Of a DNA stretch of 28,260 bases, positions 20,409 to 28,260 are shown in pieces. Source of the DNA: an uncultured Chloroflexia bacterium (lineage in GTDB: Bacteria; Chloroflexota; Limnocylindria; Limnocylindrales; CSP1-4); NCBI GenBank assembly GCA_963749705.1, contig CAVVNQ010000020.1, forward strand, positions 1 through 28,260. The letters run 5' to 3'. How positions within the stretch are numbered: position 1 is the stretch's first letter; each line of letters starts with the position of its first letter. The translations under genes and the position numbers were made by a program. The notes below the pieces were generated by a model, which ran no database searches, was not told the DNA's origin, and was given only the letters and a program-made list of their open reading frames with translations.

Positions 20409-22286
20409 ATGAAGACAGGACATCGCCCGGTTGCGGGCGCAATCGCGCTGAGCTTCATGCTCGCGCTGGGATCGATCGCGACGGTCCAGGCAGCCCAGCC
20501 GCAGGCAGATACCGTCGCCACGCAGCACATCAGCGGAACGATCACCGGGAGCGGGGCCGCCCCCCTCGAAGGCATCCACGTCGGAGCCTTCACCGATAGC
20601 GGCGGCTTTGGCTGGGTGACGACCGCCGCCGATGGCACGTACACGCTCCCCGTGCCCGCCGGGATCTACCAGATCTGGGTGTCCGACCCTGCTGGCATCT
20701 ACACGTATGGCTACTACAGCAGCGTCGCTGCGGGCCATCACACGCTGGACAGGGACGCGGCAAGCGACGTTGACGCGACCACAGCGGATGTGACGGACAT
20801 CGATGTCTACATGCCCCTCGTCCTGGCTGCCGTTCCCGGCGCGCCGACCGCCGTGGCCGCGACCGCCGGCAATGCCCAGGCCGCGGTGACCTGGACCGCA
20901 CCCGCCAGCGATGGCGGCGCCGCGATCAGCGGCTACACCGTGACCAGCAGCCCCGGCGCCAAGACCTGCTCCACCGCCACGACCGGCTGCACCGTGACCG
21001 GCCTCACCAACGGCACCGCGTACACGTTCACCGTGACCGCCACCAACGTGGCCGGCACCGGTCCCGCCTCGGCCGCCTCGAGCGCGGTCACGCCGCGCAC
21101 CGTTCCCGGCGCGCCGACCGCCGTGGCCGCGACCGCCGGCAATGCCCAGGCCGCGGTGACCTGGACCGCACCCGCCAGCGATGGCGGCGCCGCGATCAGC
21201 GGCTACACCGTGACCAGCAGCCCCGGCGCCAAGACCTGCGCCACCGCCACGACCGGCTGCACCGTGACCGGCCTCACCAACGGCACCGCGTACACGTTCA
21301 CCGTGACCGCCACCAACGTGGCCGGCACCGGTCCCGCCTCGGCCGCCTCGAGCGCGGTCACGCCGCGCACCGTTCCCGGCGCGCCGACCGCCGTGGCCGC
21401 GACCGCCGGCAATGCCCAGGCCGCGGTGACCTGGACCGCACCCGCCAGCGATGGCGGCGCCGCGATCAGCGGCTACACCGTGACCAGCAGCCCCGGCGCC
21501 AAGACCTGCGCCACCGCCACGACCGGCTGCACCGTGACCGGCCTCACCAACGGCACCGCGTACACGTTCACCGTGACCGCCACCAACGTGGCCGGCACCG
21601 GTCCCGCCTCGGCCGCCTCGAGCGCGGTCACGCCGTTGGCTCCGGGAACCGTCGTCCGCTATGCCGGCCCCAACCGGTTCGCCACCGCCGCCGCGGTCAG
21701 CGCCAACACGTTCGACCCCGGTGTCGATATCGCGTACATCGCCAACGCCTACAACTTCCCCGATGCCCTCGCCGGCGCCGCCGCAGCGGGCATGACGGGG
21801 AAGCACGGTCCGGTGCTCCTGGTCGCCGCCACCGGCGCGATCAACGCCTCGACCGCCACCGAGCTCACCCGGCTCCATCCCCAGAAGATCGTCGTCCTGG
21901 GCAGCAGCGGCGTGGTGTCCGACGCGGTGCTCAACGCACTCAAGGCATACGCCACCGGCGGCAACGTCGTCCGCTATGCCGGCCCCAACCGGTTCGCCAC
22001 CGCCGCCGCGGTCAGCGCCAACACGTTCGACCCCGGTGTCGATATCGCGTACATCGCCAACGCCTACAACTTCCCCGATGCCCTCGCCGGCGCCGCCGCA
22101 GCGGGCATGACGGGGAAGCACGGTCCGGTGCTTCTGGTCGCCGCCACCGGCGCGATCAACGCCTCGACCGCCACCGAGCTCACCCGGCTCCATCCCCAGA
22201 AGATCGTCGTCCTGGGCAGCAGCGGCGTGGTGTCCGACGCGGTGCTCAACGCACTCAAGGCATACGCCACCGGCGCCACGAAGTAG
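20409..22286 (+). CDS. Secreted surface protein: carboxypeptidase-regulatory-like domain, 3 fibronectin type III domains, 2 cell-wall-binding type 2 (CWB2) repeats
   Basis: Signal peptide ...[15 protein letters not shown]3: [29 protein letters not shown]...[19 protein letters not shown]2: [15 protein letters not shown]...NFPDALAG...PVLL...IVVLG. AGGAGG lies 5 nt before ATG 20409. Confidence 0.9.
   Translation: MKTGHRPVAGAIALSFMLALGSIATVQAAQPQADTVATQHISGTITGSGAAPLEGIHVGAFTDSGGFGWVTTAADGTYTLPVPAGIYQIWVSDPAGIYTYGYYSSVAAGHHTLDRDAASDVDATTADVTDIDVYMPLVLAAVPGAPTAVAATAGNAQAAVTWTAPASDGGAAISGYTVTSSPGAKTCSTATTGCTVTGLTNGTAYTFTVTATNVAGTGPASAASSAVTPRTVPGAPTAVAATAGNAQAAVTWTAPASDGGAAISGYTVTSSPGAKTCATATTGCTVTGLTNGTAYTFTVTATNVAGTGPASAASSAVTPRTVPGAPTAVAATAGNAQAAVTWTAPASDGGAAISGYTVTSSPGAKTCATATTGCTVTGLTNGTAYTFTVTATNVAGTGPASAASSAVTPLAPGTVVRYAGPNRFATAAAVSANTFDPGVDIAYIANAYNFPDALAGAAAAGMTGKHGPVLLVAATGAINASTATELTRLHPQKIVVLGSSGVVSDAVLNALKAYATGGNVVRYAGPNRFATAAAVSANTFDPGVDIAYIANAYNFPDALAGAAAAGMTGKHGPVLLVAATGAINASTATELTRLHPQKIVVLGSSGVVSDAVLNALKAYATGATK
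20831..21634 (+). repeat. Three near-identical 270-bp tandem repeats (FN3 domains)
   Basis: Units start at 20831, 21101 and 21371. Almost no differences (e.g. TCC vs GCC after TGC). Confidence 0.95.
21651..22275 (+). repeat. Two near-identical 315-bp tandem repeats (CWB2 domains)
   Basis: Units start at 21651 and 21966. One synonymous difference seen (CTC vs CTT). Confidence 0.95.
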
Positions 22287-22313
22287 ACAACGGCTCTCCC
22301 GCACCAACGGCAT

Positions 22314-22338
22314 GCCCGCGGTCCGTGCGACCGCGGGC
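22314..22338. terminator. GC-rich hairpin, probable terminator between convergent genes
   Basis: GCCCGCGGTC-CGTGC-GACCGCGGGC: a perfect 10-bp stem 27 nt after the stop at 22286. No U-tract. Confidence 0.55.
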
Positions 22339-22412
22339 TGCGGACCCGGCGGGGTCCGACCTCGGGCGTCTCCCGGCCGGCAGCGCCGCGCGTACCGGCC
22401 GCGCCGTCCCGC

Positions 22413-23060
22413 CTAGATCAGCCCTTCGCGGATCGCGTAGGCGACCGCGTGCGCCCGGTTGCGGAGCTCCAGCCGCGACGTCACGTCATGGATGATGTTC
22501 TTGACCGTGCGCTCGGAGTAGAACAGCTCGCGCCCCACCTCGGACGTGTCGTAGCCCTCCGCGAGCAGGCGCAGGACCGCGGTCTCGCGCTCGGTCAGCC
22601 CCGAGAATGTCAGGCCGCGCGGCGACAGCACCTGGCGCTGGAGCTGTCCGACCTGGCGCAGCAGGCGCCCGAGGAGATCCGGGGGCAGGCTGCCCTCATC
22701 CGCGGCGGCGGACCGGATCGCGGCGGCAAGGTTGCCCGCCGTGGCCTCGCTCCGCCGGACGACCGCGGTCACACCGGCCTCGGCCGCCGCCAGGAGCCCC
22801 CGATCGTCGACCCTGGAGATGAGCAGGACCACGCGGCGGATACCTCGCGCACGGTGGCCCCGCAGCTCCGCGAGCACCGTGCCGTCGAGCTCATCGGCGA
22901 CGACGAGGGCGACGACATCGTCGGGCGCATCGCTTTCCGAGACGACGCTGAACCCCTGGGCACGCCGCAGCTGGCTCGCGATGCCTGCCTGCGAGAGCGG
23001 GTCGGCCGCCGACACGACAACCGTGATGCGCGGGGAGAACGGGACAGGCTCGGCGACCAT
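22413..23060 (-). CDS. LuxR/NarL-family regulator with degenerate receiver domain
   Basis: C-terminal HTH LTERETAVLRLLAEGYDTSEVGRELFYSERTVKNIIH...LRNRAHAVAYAIREGLI. ATG 23060 has a GGAGG RBS. Confidence 0.92.
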   Translation of the reverse strand: MVAEPVPFSPRITVVVSAADPLSQAGIASQLRRAQGFSVVSESDAPDDVVALVVADELDGTVLAELRGHRARGIRRVVLLISRVDDRGLLAAAEAGVTAVVRRSEATAGNLAAAIRSAAADEGSLPPDLLGRLLRQVGQLQRQVLSPRGLTFSGLTERETAVLRLLAEGYDTSEVGRELFYSERTVKNIIHDVTSRLELRNRAHAVAYAIREGLI

Positions 23061-23169
23061 CAGGAGACCCTCCTGCCGATCCCACGCCGGTCGAACTGAG
23101 ACGCGTTGGCCGCGCCCGGGATCGCGCGACCGGACCCTACGTCGAGCCCGTGATCGCCCAGTCAACGCT

Positions 23170-23274
23170 GGCTTAACGGGCAGCCGGCGATGCCCGTTCG
23201 GCTTGCCCGGCCGGCCAAACGGGACGCCCGACTGCGCCCTGTTCGGCTCGCACGCGCACGGCTACACTTCGCTC
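23170..23274. promoter_or_regulatory. Divergent promoter region with TGCCC/GGGCA sites and a TACACT -10 element (leaderless candidate)
   Basis: AACGGGCAGCC (23175-23185), TGCCCGTTCGG (23191) and TGCCCGGCCGGCCA (23204-23217). TACACT (23263-23268) lies 6 nt before GTG 23275. Confidence 0.55.
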
Positions 23275-24525
23275 GTGGGAGCCTCCGTCACCCTGGTCAA
23301 TCCGGCCGTCACCGTCGAGCCGGGCCAGGAAGCCGCCGTCGATATCCGCGTCCGCAACACCGGCACGGTCGTCGACGAGTTCGTCCTCGAGGTGCTGGGC
23401 GACAGCGCGGCGTGGGCGACGGTCGAACCGCCGGTGCTGTCCCTGTTCCCCGGCGCGGAGGGGACGTCGCGCATCCTGTTCCGCCCGCCGCGCCAGTCGA
23501 GCACGCCCACGGGCGCCGTCCCGTACGGGCTCCGGGCTCGGTCCCAGGAGGACCCGGCCGGATCCGCGGTCGAGGAAGGGTCGGTCGAGGTCGGCAGCTT
23601 CCAGGCGCCGTTCGCCGAGCTCGTTCCGCGCACCTCCCGCGGCTCCCGGTCCGGGTCGCACGACCTCGCCGTCGACAACCGCGGCAACGCGCGCCTGAGC
23701 GCCGAGATCGAGGCAGCCGACGCCGACCGCCTGCTCAAGTTCGACGTCAGGCCGCCGGCCCTGGTGGTCGAACCGGGGATGGCCGAGTTCGCGAAGCTTC
23801 GCGTCAGCCCGGTCAAGCGCTTCTGGCGGGGCACCCCCAAGACCCGTGCGTTCAAGCTCCTGGTCAAGCCCGAGGGCGGCGCGCCGATCTCCCTCGACGG
23901 GACGCTGCTCCAGGAGTCGATGCTCCCGTCGTGGTTCGTCAAGGCGCTGATCGCCCTGGTGCTGTTGCTGATCGCCCTGGTCGTGCTGTGGCTGTTCGTG
24001 CTCCAGCCATCGATCAAGAGCGCCGCGTCGGAGGCGGTGGCCTCGCCCCTGGCGAGCCTCAAGGCCGACGTGAACAGCGCGCTCCAGGCTGCCGGGCTGG
24101 CGACCATCCCGCCCGAGGGTGGCGCCGCCGGCGGGCCGACGCCCACGCCCGCGCCGACCGACACGCCGGCGCCCGGCGAGACCCCCGGTCCCACGGCCAC
24201 CCCCGGAGCCCCGGTGATCCCCGGTCTGGGCAACGCGATTGACGGGCACCTCGACGAGAACACGAAGTCGTTCGCCCCCCAGGGGACGTTGTTCATCACG
24301 GACCTCGTGTTCTCGAACCCCAACGGCCGTGAGGGCGCGATCGTGGTGCTCCGCGACGCGACGCCGTTGCTCCAGCTCAAGCTCGAGAACTTCCGCGACT
24401 ACGACCTCCACTTCGTGACGCCCATCGTGATCGCCGAAGGGCAGAGCCTCAACCTGTCCCTCGTGTGCAGCGACGGCCAGACGTGCAATCCGGCACTGTT
24501 CTACTCCGGGTACCTCAAGCCCTGA
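23275..24525 (+). CDS. COG1470-like Ig-fold membrane protein (resembles the CIS-associated 'hydrolytic protein' of Streptomyces)
   Basis: VTVEPGQEAAVDIRVRNTGTVVDEF...VEPPVLSLFPG...AELVPRTSRG...LAVDNRGN; TM ALIALVLLLIALVVLWLFVL; PT linker; C-terminal ITDLVFSNPNG...LENFRDYDLHFVTPI. Confidence 0.85.
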   Translation: MGASVTLVNPAVTVEPGQEAAVDIRVRNTGTVVDEFVLEVLGDSAAWATVEPPVLSLFPGAEGTSRILFRPPRQSSTPTGAVPYGLRARSQEDPAGSAVEEGSVEVGSFQAPFAELVPRTSRGSRSGSHDLAVDNRGNARLSAEIEAADADRLLKFDVRPPALVVEPGMAEFAKLRVSPVKRFWRGTPKTRAFKLLVKPEGGAPISLDGTLLQESMLPSWFVKALIALVLLLIALVVLWLFVLQPSIKSAASEAVASPLASLKADVNSALQAAGLATIPPEGGAAGGPTPTPAPTDTPAPGETPGPTATPGAPVIPGLGNAIDGHLDENTKSFAPQGTLFITDLVFSNPNGREGAIVVLRDATPLLQLKLENFRDYDLHFVTPIVIAEGQSLNLSLVCSDGQTCNPALFYSGYLKP

Positions 24526-26600
24526 GGCCCGCGATCGCGCGGTCGGCCGCCATCGGCCTGGTGCTGCTGCTCGTGTCGCCCATGCCGGTTGCCGCCGTGC
24601 CCGAGGCCCCCCGGGTCAGCGGGCAGGCGACGGTCCCGACCGGCGCGCCGCTGCCGGCTCCGCCCGGCACGACCAGCCTCGTCTCGTACCGGTTCGGGGG
24701 CAGCCCTGGCGCAGGGCCGGCGGGCGGCGGCCCGTCCGCGCAGGTCTCCATCTCCGCCGACGGACGGTATGTGGCGTTCACCTCGAATGCCCCGGACCTC
24801 GTGACCGGTGACACCAACGGCGCGCTCGACGTGTTCGTGCTCGACCGGAGCACCGGGAGGATGACGCGGCTCGGCCTGCCGGGCGGCGTGCCGGTGCCGC
24901 CGGGCGGCAGCGCGGGGGAGCCGTCGATCTCGGCGGACGGCCGGATCGTCGCCTACACCTACCAGCCGCCGTCCGGCTTCACGACCGTCGCCCTGGGCTC
25001 GGTCGTGCTCGCCTGGGATCGCACGACCGGGGCCGTCGAGGTCGTGTCCAAGACCACCACGGGCGCCAATGCGGCGGGCAGCCGGCAGGCATCGGTATCG
25101 GCCGACGGCCGGTTCGTGGCGTTCGTATCGGCCAGCGGGTCGGTCGCCGGCAAGGACGGCAATGACAAGCCGGACGTGTTCCGCTACGACCGGGTGGCGA
25201 AGCAGACGGTCCTGATCTCCGCCCGGACGGACGGGATCAGCACCCCCTCCGGGACGTCGAACGATCCATCGATCTCGGCGGACGGCAACGTCGTCGCGTT
25301 CGTGTCGGACGCCGGGGGCACGATCATTCGCGACGAGATCGGGTCCGGCACCCAGGTCTACGTCCGGGACGTGGCGGCCGGGGTGACCACGCGCGTGAGC
25401 GCGCCTCCCGGCGCCGGCTCGGGCGAGCAGCCGGACGGCCCGTCATCGGCGCCCTCGATCTCGGCGGACGGCCGGTATGTCGCCTTCGAATCGTCGGCCA
25501 CCAACCTCGTGCCCGGCGATAAGAATGGCGCGGCGGACGTGTTCCGCAAGGATCGGACCTCGGGAACCATGACGCTGGTGTCGGTGACGTCGACGGGAGC
25601 GCAGCCCAAGGGCTCCAGCGGGCAGGCGGCCATCTCGGCCGACGGACGCGTCGTCGCGTTCGCCTCGACGGCGTCGGACCTGGTCGCGATGGCCGGCGGC
25701 ATCGTGCCCGCGGCCGTGGTGCTTGGCGGCACCGAGATCTACGCGCGTGACGTCGATGCGGGCCAGACCGTGCTGGTGTCGGTCAACCTCAAGGGCACCG
25801 CCGGCGGCGGACGCAGCCAGACGCCGGCCGTGAGCCGCGACGGACGGTTCGTTGCCTTCGCGTCCACCGCCGAGGGGCTGGTGGCGGGCGACGGCAACAA
25901 GCTGAGCGATGCGTTCCTGCGCGACATGCCGCCCGTGCCGCAGCTCAGCCCGCCGGTGCTCGACCTCGGGGCGCGTGCGGTGGGGGTCACCAGCCTGCCG
26001 GCCGCAGCGATCCTGTCCAACGCCGGATGGGGTCCGCTCCCGGTCACCGGGGCGACGATCACGGGAGCGATGGCCGGGGACTTCGCCGTCGTCGCCGACA
26101 GCTGCGCGGGCGCCGTCCTCCATCGCACCGAGGCCTGCACCGTCTCGGTCACGTTCACCCCGACAGCACCCGGGAACCGGACCGCGACGCTCGAGGTCGC
26201 GGACGCGTTCAGGGGCTCGCCGCGGACCGCGCGACTCACGGGCGCCGCGTCGCTGGCCAGGCTCGAGCTCGATCCGCCGATCGGTCCTCCGGGCACCGTG
26301 ACCATCGCGACCGGCTCGGGGTTCCCGCCCAACACCGCGGTGCGCCTGCAGTGGAGCACGGGGATCACGCCCCACCTGCCGCCGGTCATCACCGACGCAA
26401 AGGGCCGGTTCCGGATCCAGGTCCTGGTGTTCCACAACGACCGGACCGGATCGCGCGAGCTGACCGCGGACGCGGTCGACGGGGTCGCCTTCCCCGAGAC
26501 GGCCGCCACGATGTTCGTGAGCCAGGCTTCGACGGTGCCGCCGAGCTTCGTGATCCTGCGGCTGCTCGATCTGCCGATCGTCCTGGTCATGCGGGGCTAG
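24522..26600 (+). CDS. Secreted TolB/PD40-like beta-propeller protein with C-terminal Ig-like (choice-of-anchor D/ASH-like) domains
   Basis: Seven (S/A)(I/V)SxDGRxVAF-type repeats with NLVPGDxNG..DVF motifs. Ig-like domain LSNAG..PLPVT...DF.VVADSC...CTVSVTFTPTAPGNRTATL. Start is uncertain: CTG 24522 gives a signal peptide; GTG 24465 and ATG 24582 are alternatives. Confidence 0.85.
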   Translation: MRPAIARSAAIGLVLLLVSPMPVAAVPEAPRVSGQATVPTGAPLPAPPGTTSLVSYRFGGSPGAGPAGGGPSAQVSISADGRYVAFTSNAPDLVTGDTNGALDVFVLDRSTGRMTRLGLPGGVPVPPGGSAGEPSISADGRIVAYTYQPPSGFTTVALGSVVLAWDRTTGAVEVVSKTTTGANAAGSRQASVSADGRFVAFVSASGSVAGKDGNDKPDVFRYDRVAKQTVLISARTDGISTPSGTSNDPSISADGNVVAFVSDAGGTIIRDEIGSGTQVYVRDVAAGVTTRVSAPPGAGSGEQPDGPSSAPSISADGRYVAFESSATNLVPGDKNGAADVFRKDRTSGTMTLVSVTSTGAQPKGSSGQAAISADGRVVAFASTASDLVAMAGGIVPAAVVLGGTEIYARDVDAGQTVLVSVNLKGTAGGGRSQTPAVSRDGRFVAFASTAEGLVAGDGNKLSDAFLRDMPPVPQLSPPVLDLGARAVGVTSLPAAAILSNAGWGPLPVTGATITGAMAGDFAVVADSCAGAVLHRTEACTVSVTFTPTAPGNRTATLEVADAFRGSPRTARLTGAASLARLELDPPIGPPGTVTIATGSGFPPNTAVRLQWSTGITPHLPPVITDAKGRFRIQVLVFHNDRTGSRELTADAVDGVAFPETAATMFVSQASTVPPSFVILRLLDLPIVLVMRG

Positions 26601-26606
26601 GGGCTC

Positions 26607-27794
26607 ATGCCCGACGCCGCATCGATCATCTGCCGCCGGTGCGGGACCGCCAACACGCCGGGCGACCAGTTCTGCGGATCGTGCGGGGCGTTCCTCGAGT
26701 GGGAGGGGCAGCCCGCCGAACCCGGATCGTCCGCGGATCCCGGCGCCGGACCGGGTGCGGCCGCCGGGCCGGTGCCGGTCGGAAGCGGCCCGCCGGTGGC
26801 CGGAGGCGGCTCACCGGTCGCCGCAACGAACGTTCCGCCCAGGACGTCGGGGATGCCGGACATCGTGCCCTCGGATCCGATCTGGCCACCGGAGCCCGAC
26901 CGGTCCACCGCTCCCTCCTCGCCGGCCGTCCCGCCCGCCGACGACGCCGCTGCCGGCCTGATCCGCTGCCCGTCGTGCGGGATCGCCAACCCCGCGACCC
27001 GGACGTTCTGCCAGTCCTGCGGGACCACGCTTGCACAGGCCGCCCGTGTGATCGAGCCCGACGCCGCCGCGATCGCCGCCGCCGTCGCCCGCCAGCCCGC
27101 CGGGCCATCCGCCGCCACGGCACCCGTTCCGCCCGCCGCGCCCCGGGCCGGCCGGGCGTCGCGGGGGTTCCCGACATGGATCCTCGTCATCGGGGGTCTC
27201 GGGATCCTGTTCGGCGCCGGCGTCGTCGCGGCGTCGATGCTGCTCAGCGGTCCGGGGCCCGGGAGCATCGCGACATCCGCCCCCGAATCGGCCGCGCCAT
27301 CGAGCGCCGTCGTCTCCGCGGCACCCAGTCCCACGCCGGCACCGGTGCAGCTGACGCTCAAGACGGCCAAGGCATCGTCGGTTGTCGGCAACCGGGCGAA
27401 GTTCGCGGCGGGCATGGCGATCGACGGCGACCCCAAGACCTGCTGGCAGGAGGGCAAGACCACCGAGAAGGGCCAGTGGATCGAGGTGACCTTCGCCAAG
27501 GCGCGGGTCGACGCAATCACTATGTACAACGGGTATGAGTTGTCGGACGATGCCTACTTCGCAAATCTGCGGCTGAAGGACGTCACGGTGTCGGTCAACG
27601 GCGGAGATCCGATCAAGCTCCAGCTGAAGGACGCGCAGGGGCCCCAGCGGTTCGAGCTGGGTGGCATCGACGATGCAACGAAGCTGCGGATCACGATCGT
27701 TTCGACCTACGCCTCGAAGAAGACGGCGTACGCGAACAGCCCATTCGACGACGCGGCGCTCAGCGAGGTCATCCTGGAAGGCGCACCCCAGTGA
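26607..27794 (+). CDS. Second CisA-like protein: double zinc ribbons, TM helix, discoidin/NADase-type glycan-binding-like domain
   Basis: CRRCGTANTPGDQFCGSCGAFLEW; CPSCGIANPATRTFCQSCGTTL; TM WILVIGGLGILFGAGVVAA; C-terminal ASS...AIDGDPKTCWQEG...GQWIEVTF...YNGY...ALSEV. Confidence 0.85.
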   Translation: MPDAASIICRRCGTANTPGDQFCGSCGAFLEWEGQPAEPGSSADPGAGPGAAAGPVPVGSGPPVAGGGSPVAATNVPPRTSGMPDIVPSDPIWPPEPDRSTAPSSPAVPPADDAAAGLIRCPSCGIANPATRTFCQSCGTTLAQAARVIEPDAAAIAAAVARQPAGPSAATAPVPPAAPRAGRASRGFPTWILVIGGLGILFGAGVVAASMLLSGPGPGSIATSAPESAAPSSAVVSAAPSPTPAPVQLTLKTAKASSVVGNRAKFAAGMAIDGDPKTCWQEGKTTEKGQWIEVTFAKARVDAITMYNGYELSDDAYFANLRLKDVTVSVNGGDPIKLQLKDAQGPQRFELGGIDDATKLRITIVSTYASKKTAYANSPFDDAALSEVILEGAPQ

Positions 27795-28260
27795 GCGCAT
27801 TCGGGGCCGCGGTCGGCAAGGTCGTCGGCCTGGGCGGTGGGCCGCAGCTCACGGCGGTGCTGCTCATCGGCGGGCTCGTGGTCGGTGCCGCCGCCGGCGG
27901 GTTCATCGCCTCCGGGCCGGGCGGCTCGCAGGGAACGGCCGGCGCGCAGCTCGAGATCTATCCGTGCCCGGACCAGGGACCCGCGATCGCAACGGTGTCG
28001 TCGGGGCAGCAGATGCTGGTCACCGGCAAGACCGCGGACGGGGCCTGGCTGCGGATCTACTTCCCGGCACCGGGCCGGACCGAGGGCTGGGTCCAGGCCC
28101 AGGCGCTGACGCTCGATTCGTCCGCGGATGCGCTGCCGGTGGGGGAGTGCCAGCCGGTGACCGCGGCCGTCGGTTCCGTGGCGCCGGGCCAGACGCTGAC
28201 CGCGATCGAGAACAACACGCCATCGCCCTCGCCGACGCCGGTCCCGACGGCGACACCGAA
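27791..28260 (+). CDS. Membrane-anchored bacterial SH3-like domain protein (3'-partial; absent from the ORF track)
   Basis: GTG overlaps the upstream TGA. Hand translation: MSAFGAAVGKVVGLGGGPQLTAVLLIGGLVVGAAAGGFIASG...LEIYPCPDQGPAIATVSSGQQMLVTGKTADGAWLRIYFPAPGRTEGWVQA...TPSPSPTPVPTATP, open to the window end. Confidence 0.8.
   Translation, partial: MSAFGAAVGKVVGLGGGPQLTAVLLIGGLVVGAAAGGFIASGPGGSQGTAGAQLEIYPCPDQGPAIATVSSGQQMLVTGKTADGAWLRIYFPAPGRTEGWVQAQALTLDSSADALPVGECQPVTAAVGSVAPGQTLTAIENNTPSPSPTPVPTATP

Overview
High-GC bacterial window almost entirely occupied by a phage-tail-like contractile injection system (CIS/eCIS) locus of the Streptomyces cytoplasmic-CIS type. The minus-strand structural operon runs sheath, tube, chaperone-like pair, long low-complexity protein, second tube, LysM protein, VgrG, gp25, baseplate J, baseplate I and a CisA-like membrane anchor. 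Divergently, the plus strand carries a DUF4255 cap, an AAA+ ATPase and a DUF4157 protein. These are followed by an FN3/cell-wall-binding surface protein, an atypical LuxR-type regulator, and a second operon of membrane or secreted proteins (COG1470-like, TolB-like propeller, a second CisA-like paralogue, an SH3 protein). No tail fibre, PAAR tip or obvious toxin gene is visible. The most notable signals are: a phage-type GGGGGAA -1 slippery site linking the chaperone-like gene to an unannotated DUF6760-like ORF; a TGCCC-N4-GGGCA palindrome in three promoter regions; two CisA-like paralogues, one with a very long Glu-Pro rod and a single-base frameshift; and a 1544-bp tandem duplication of a BTAD/SARP regulator fragment at the left edge. 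All family assignments come from motif recognition, not database searches.
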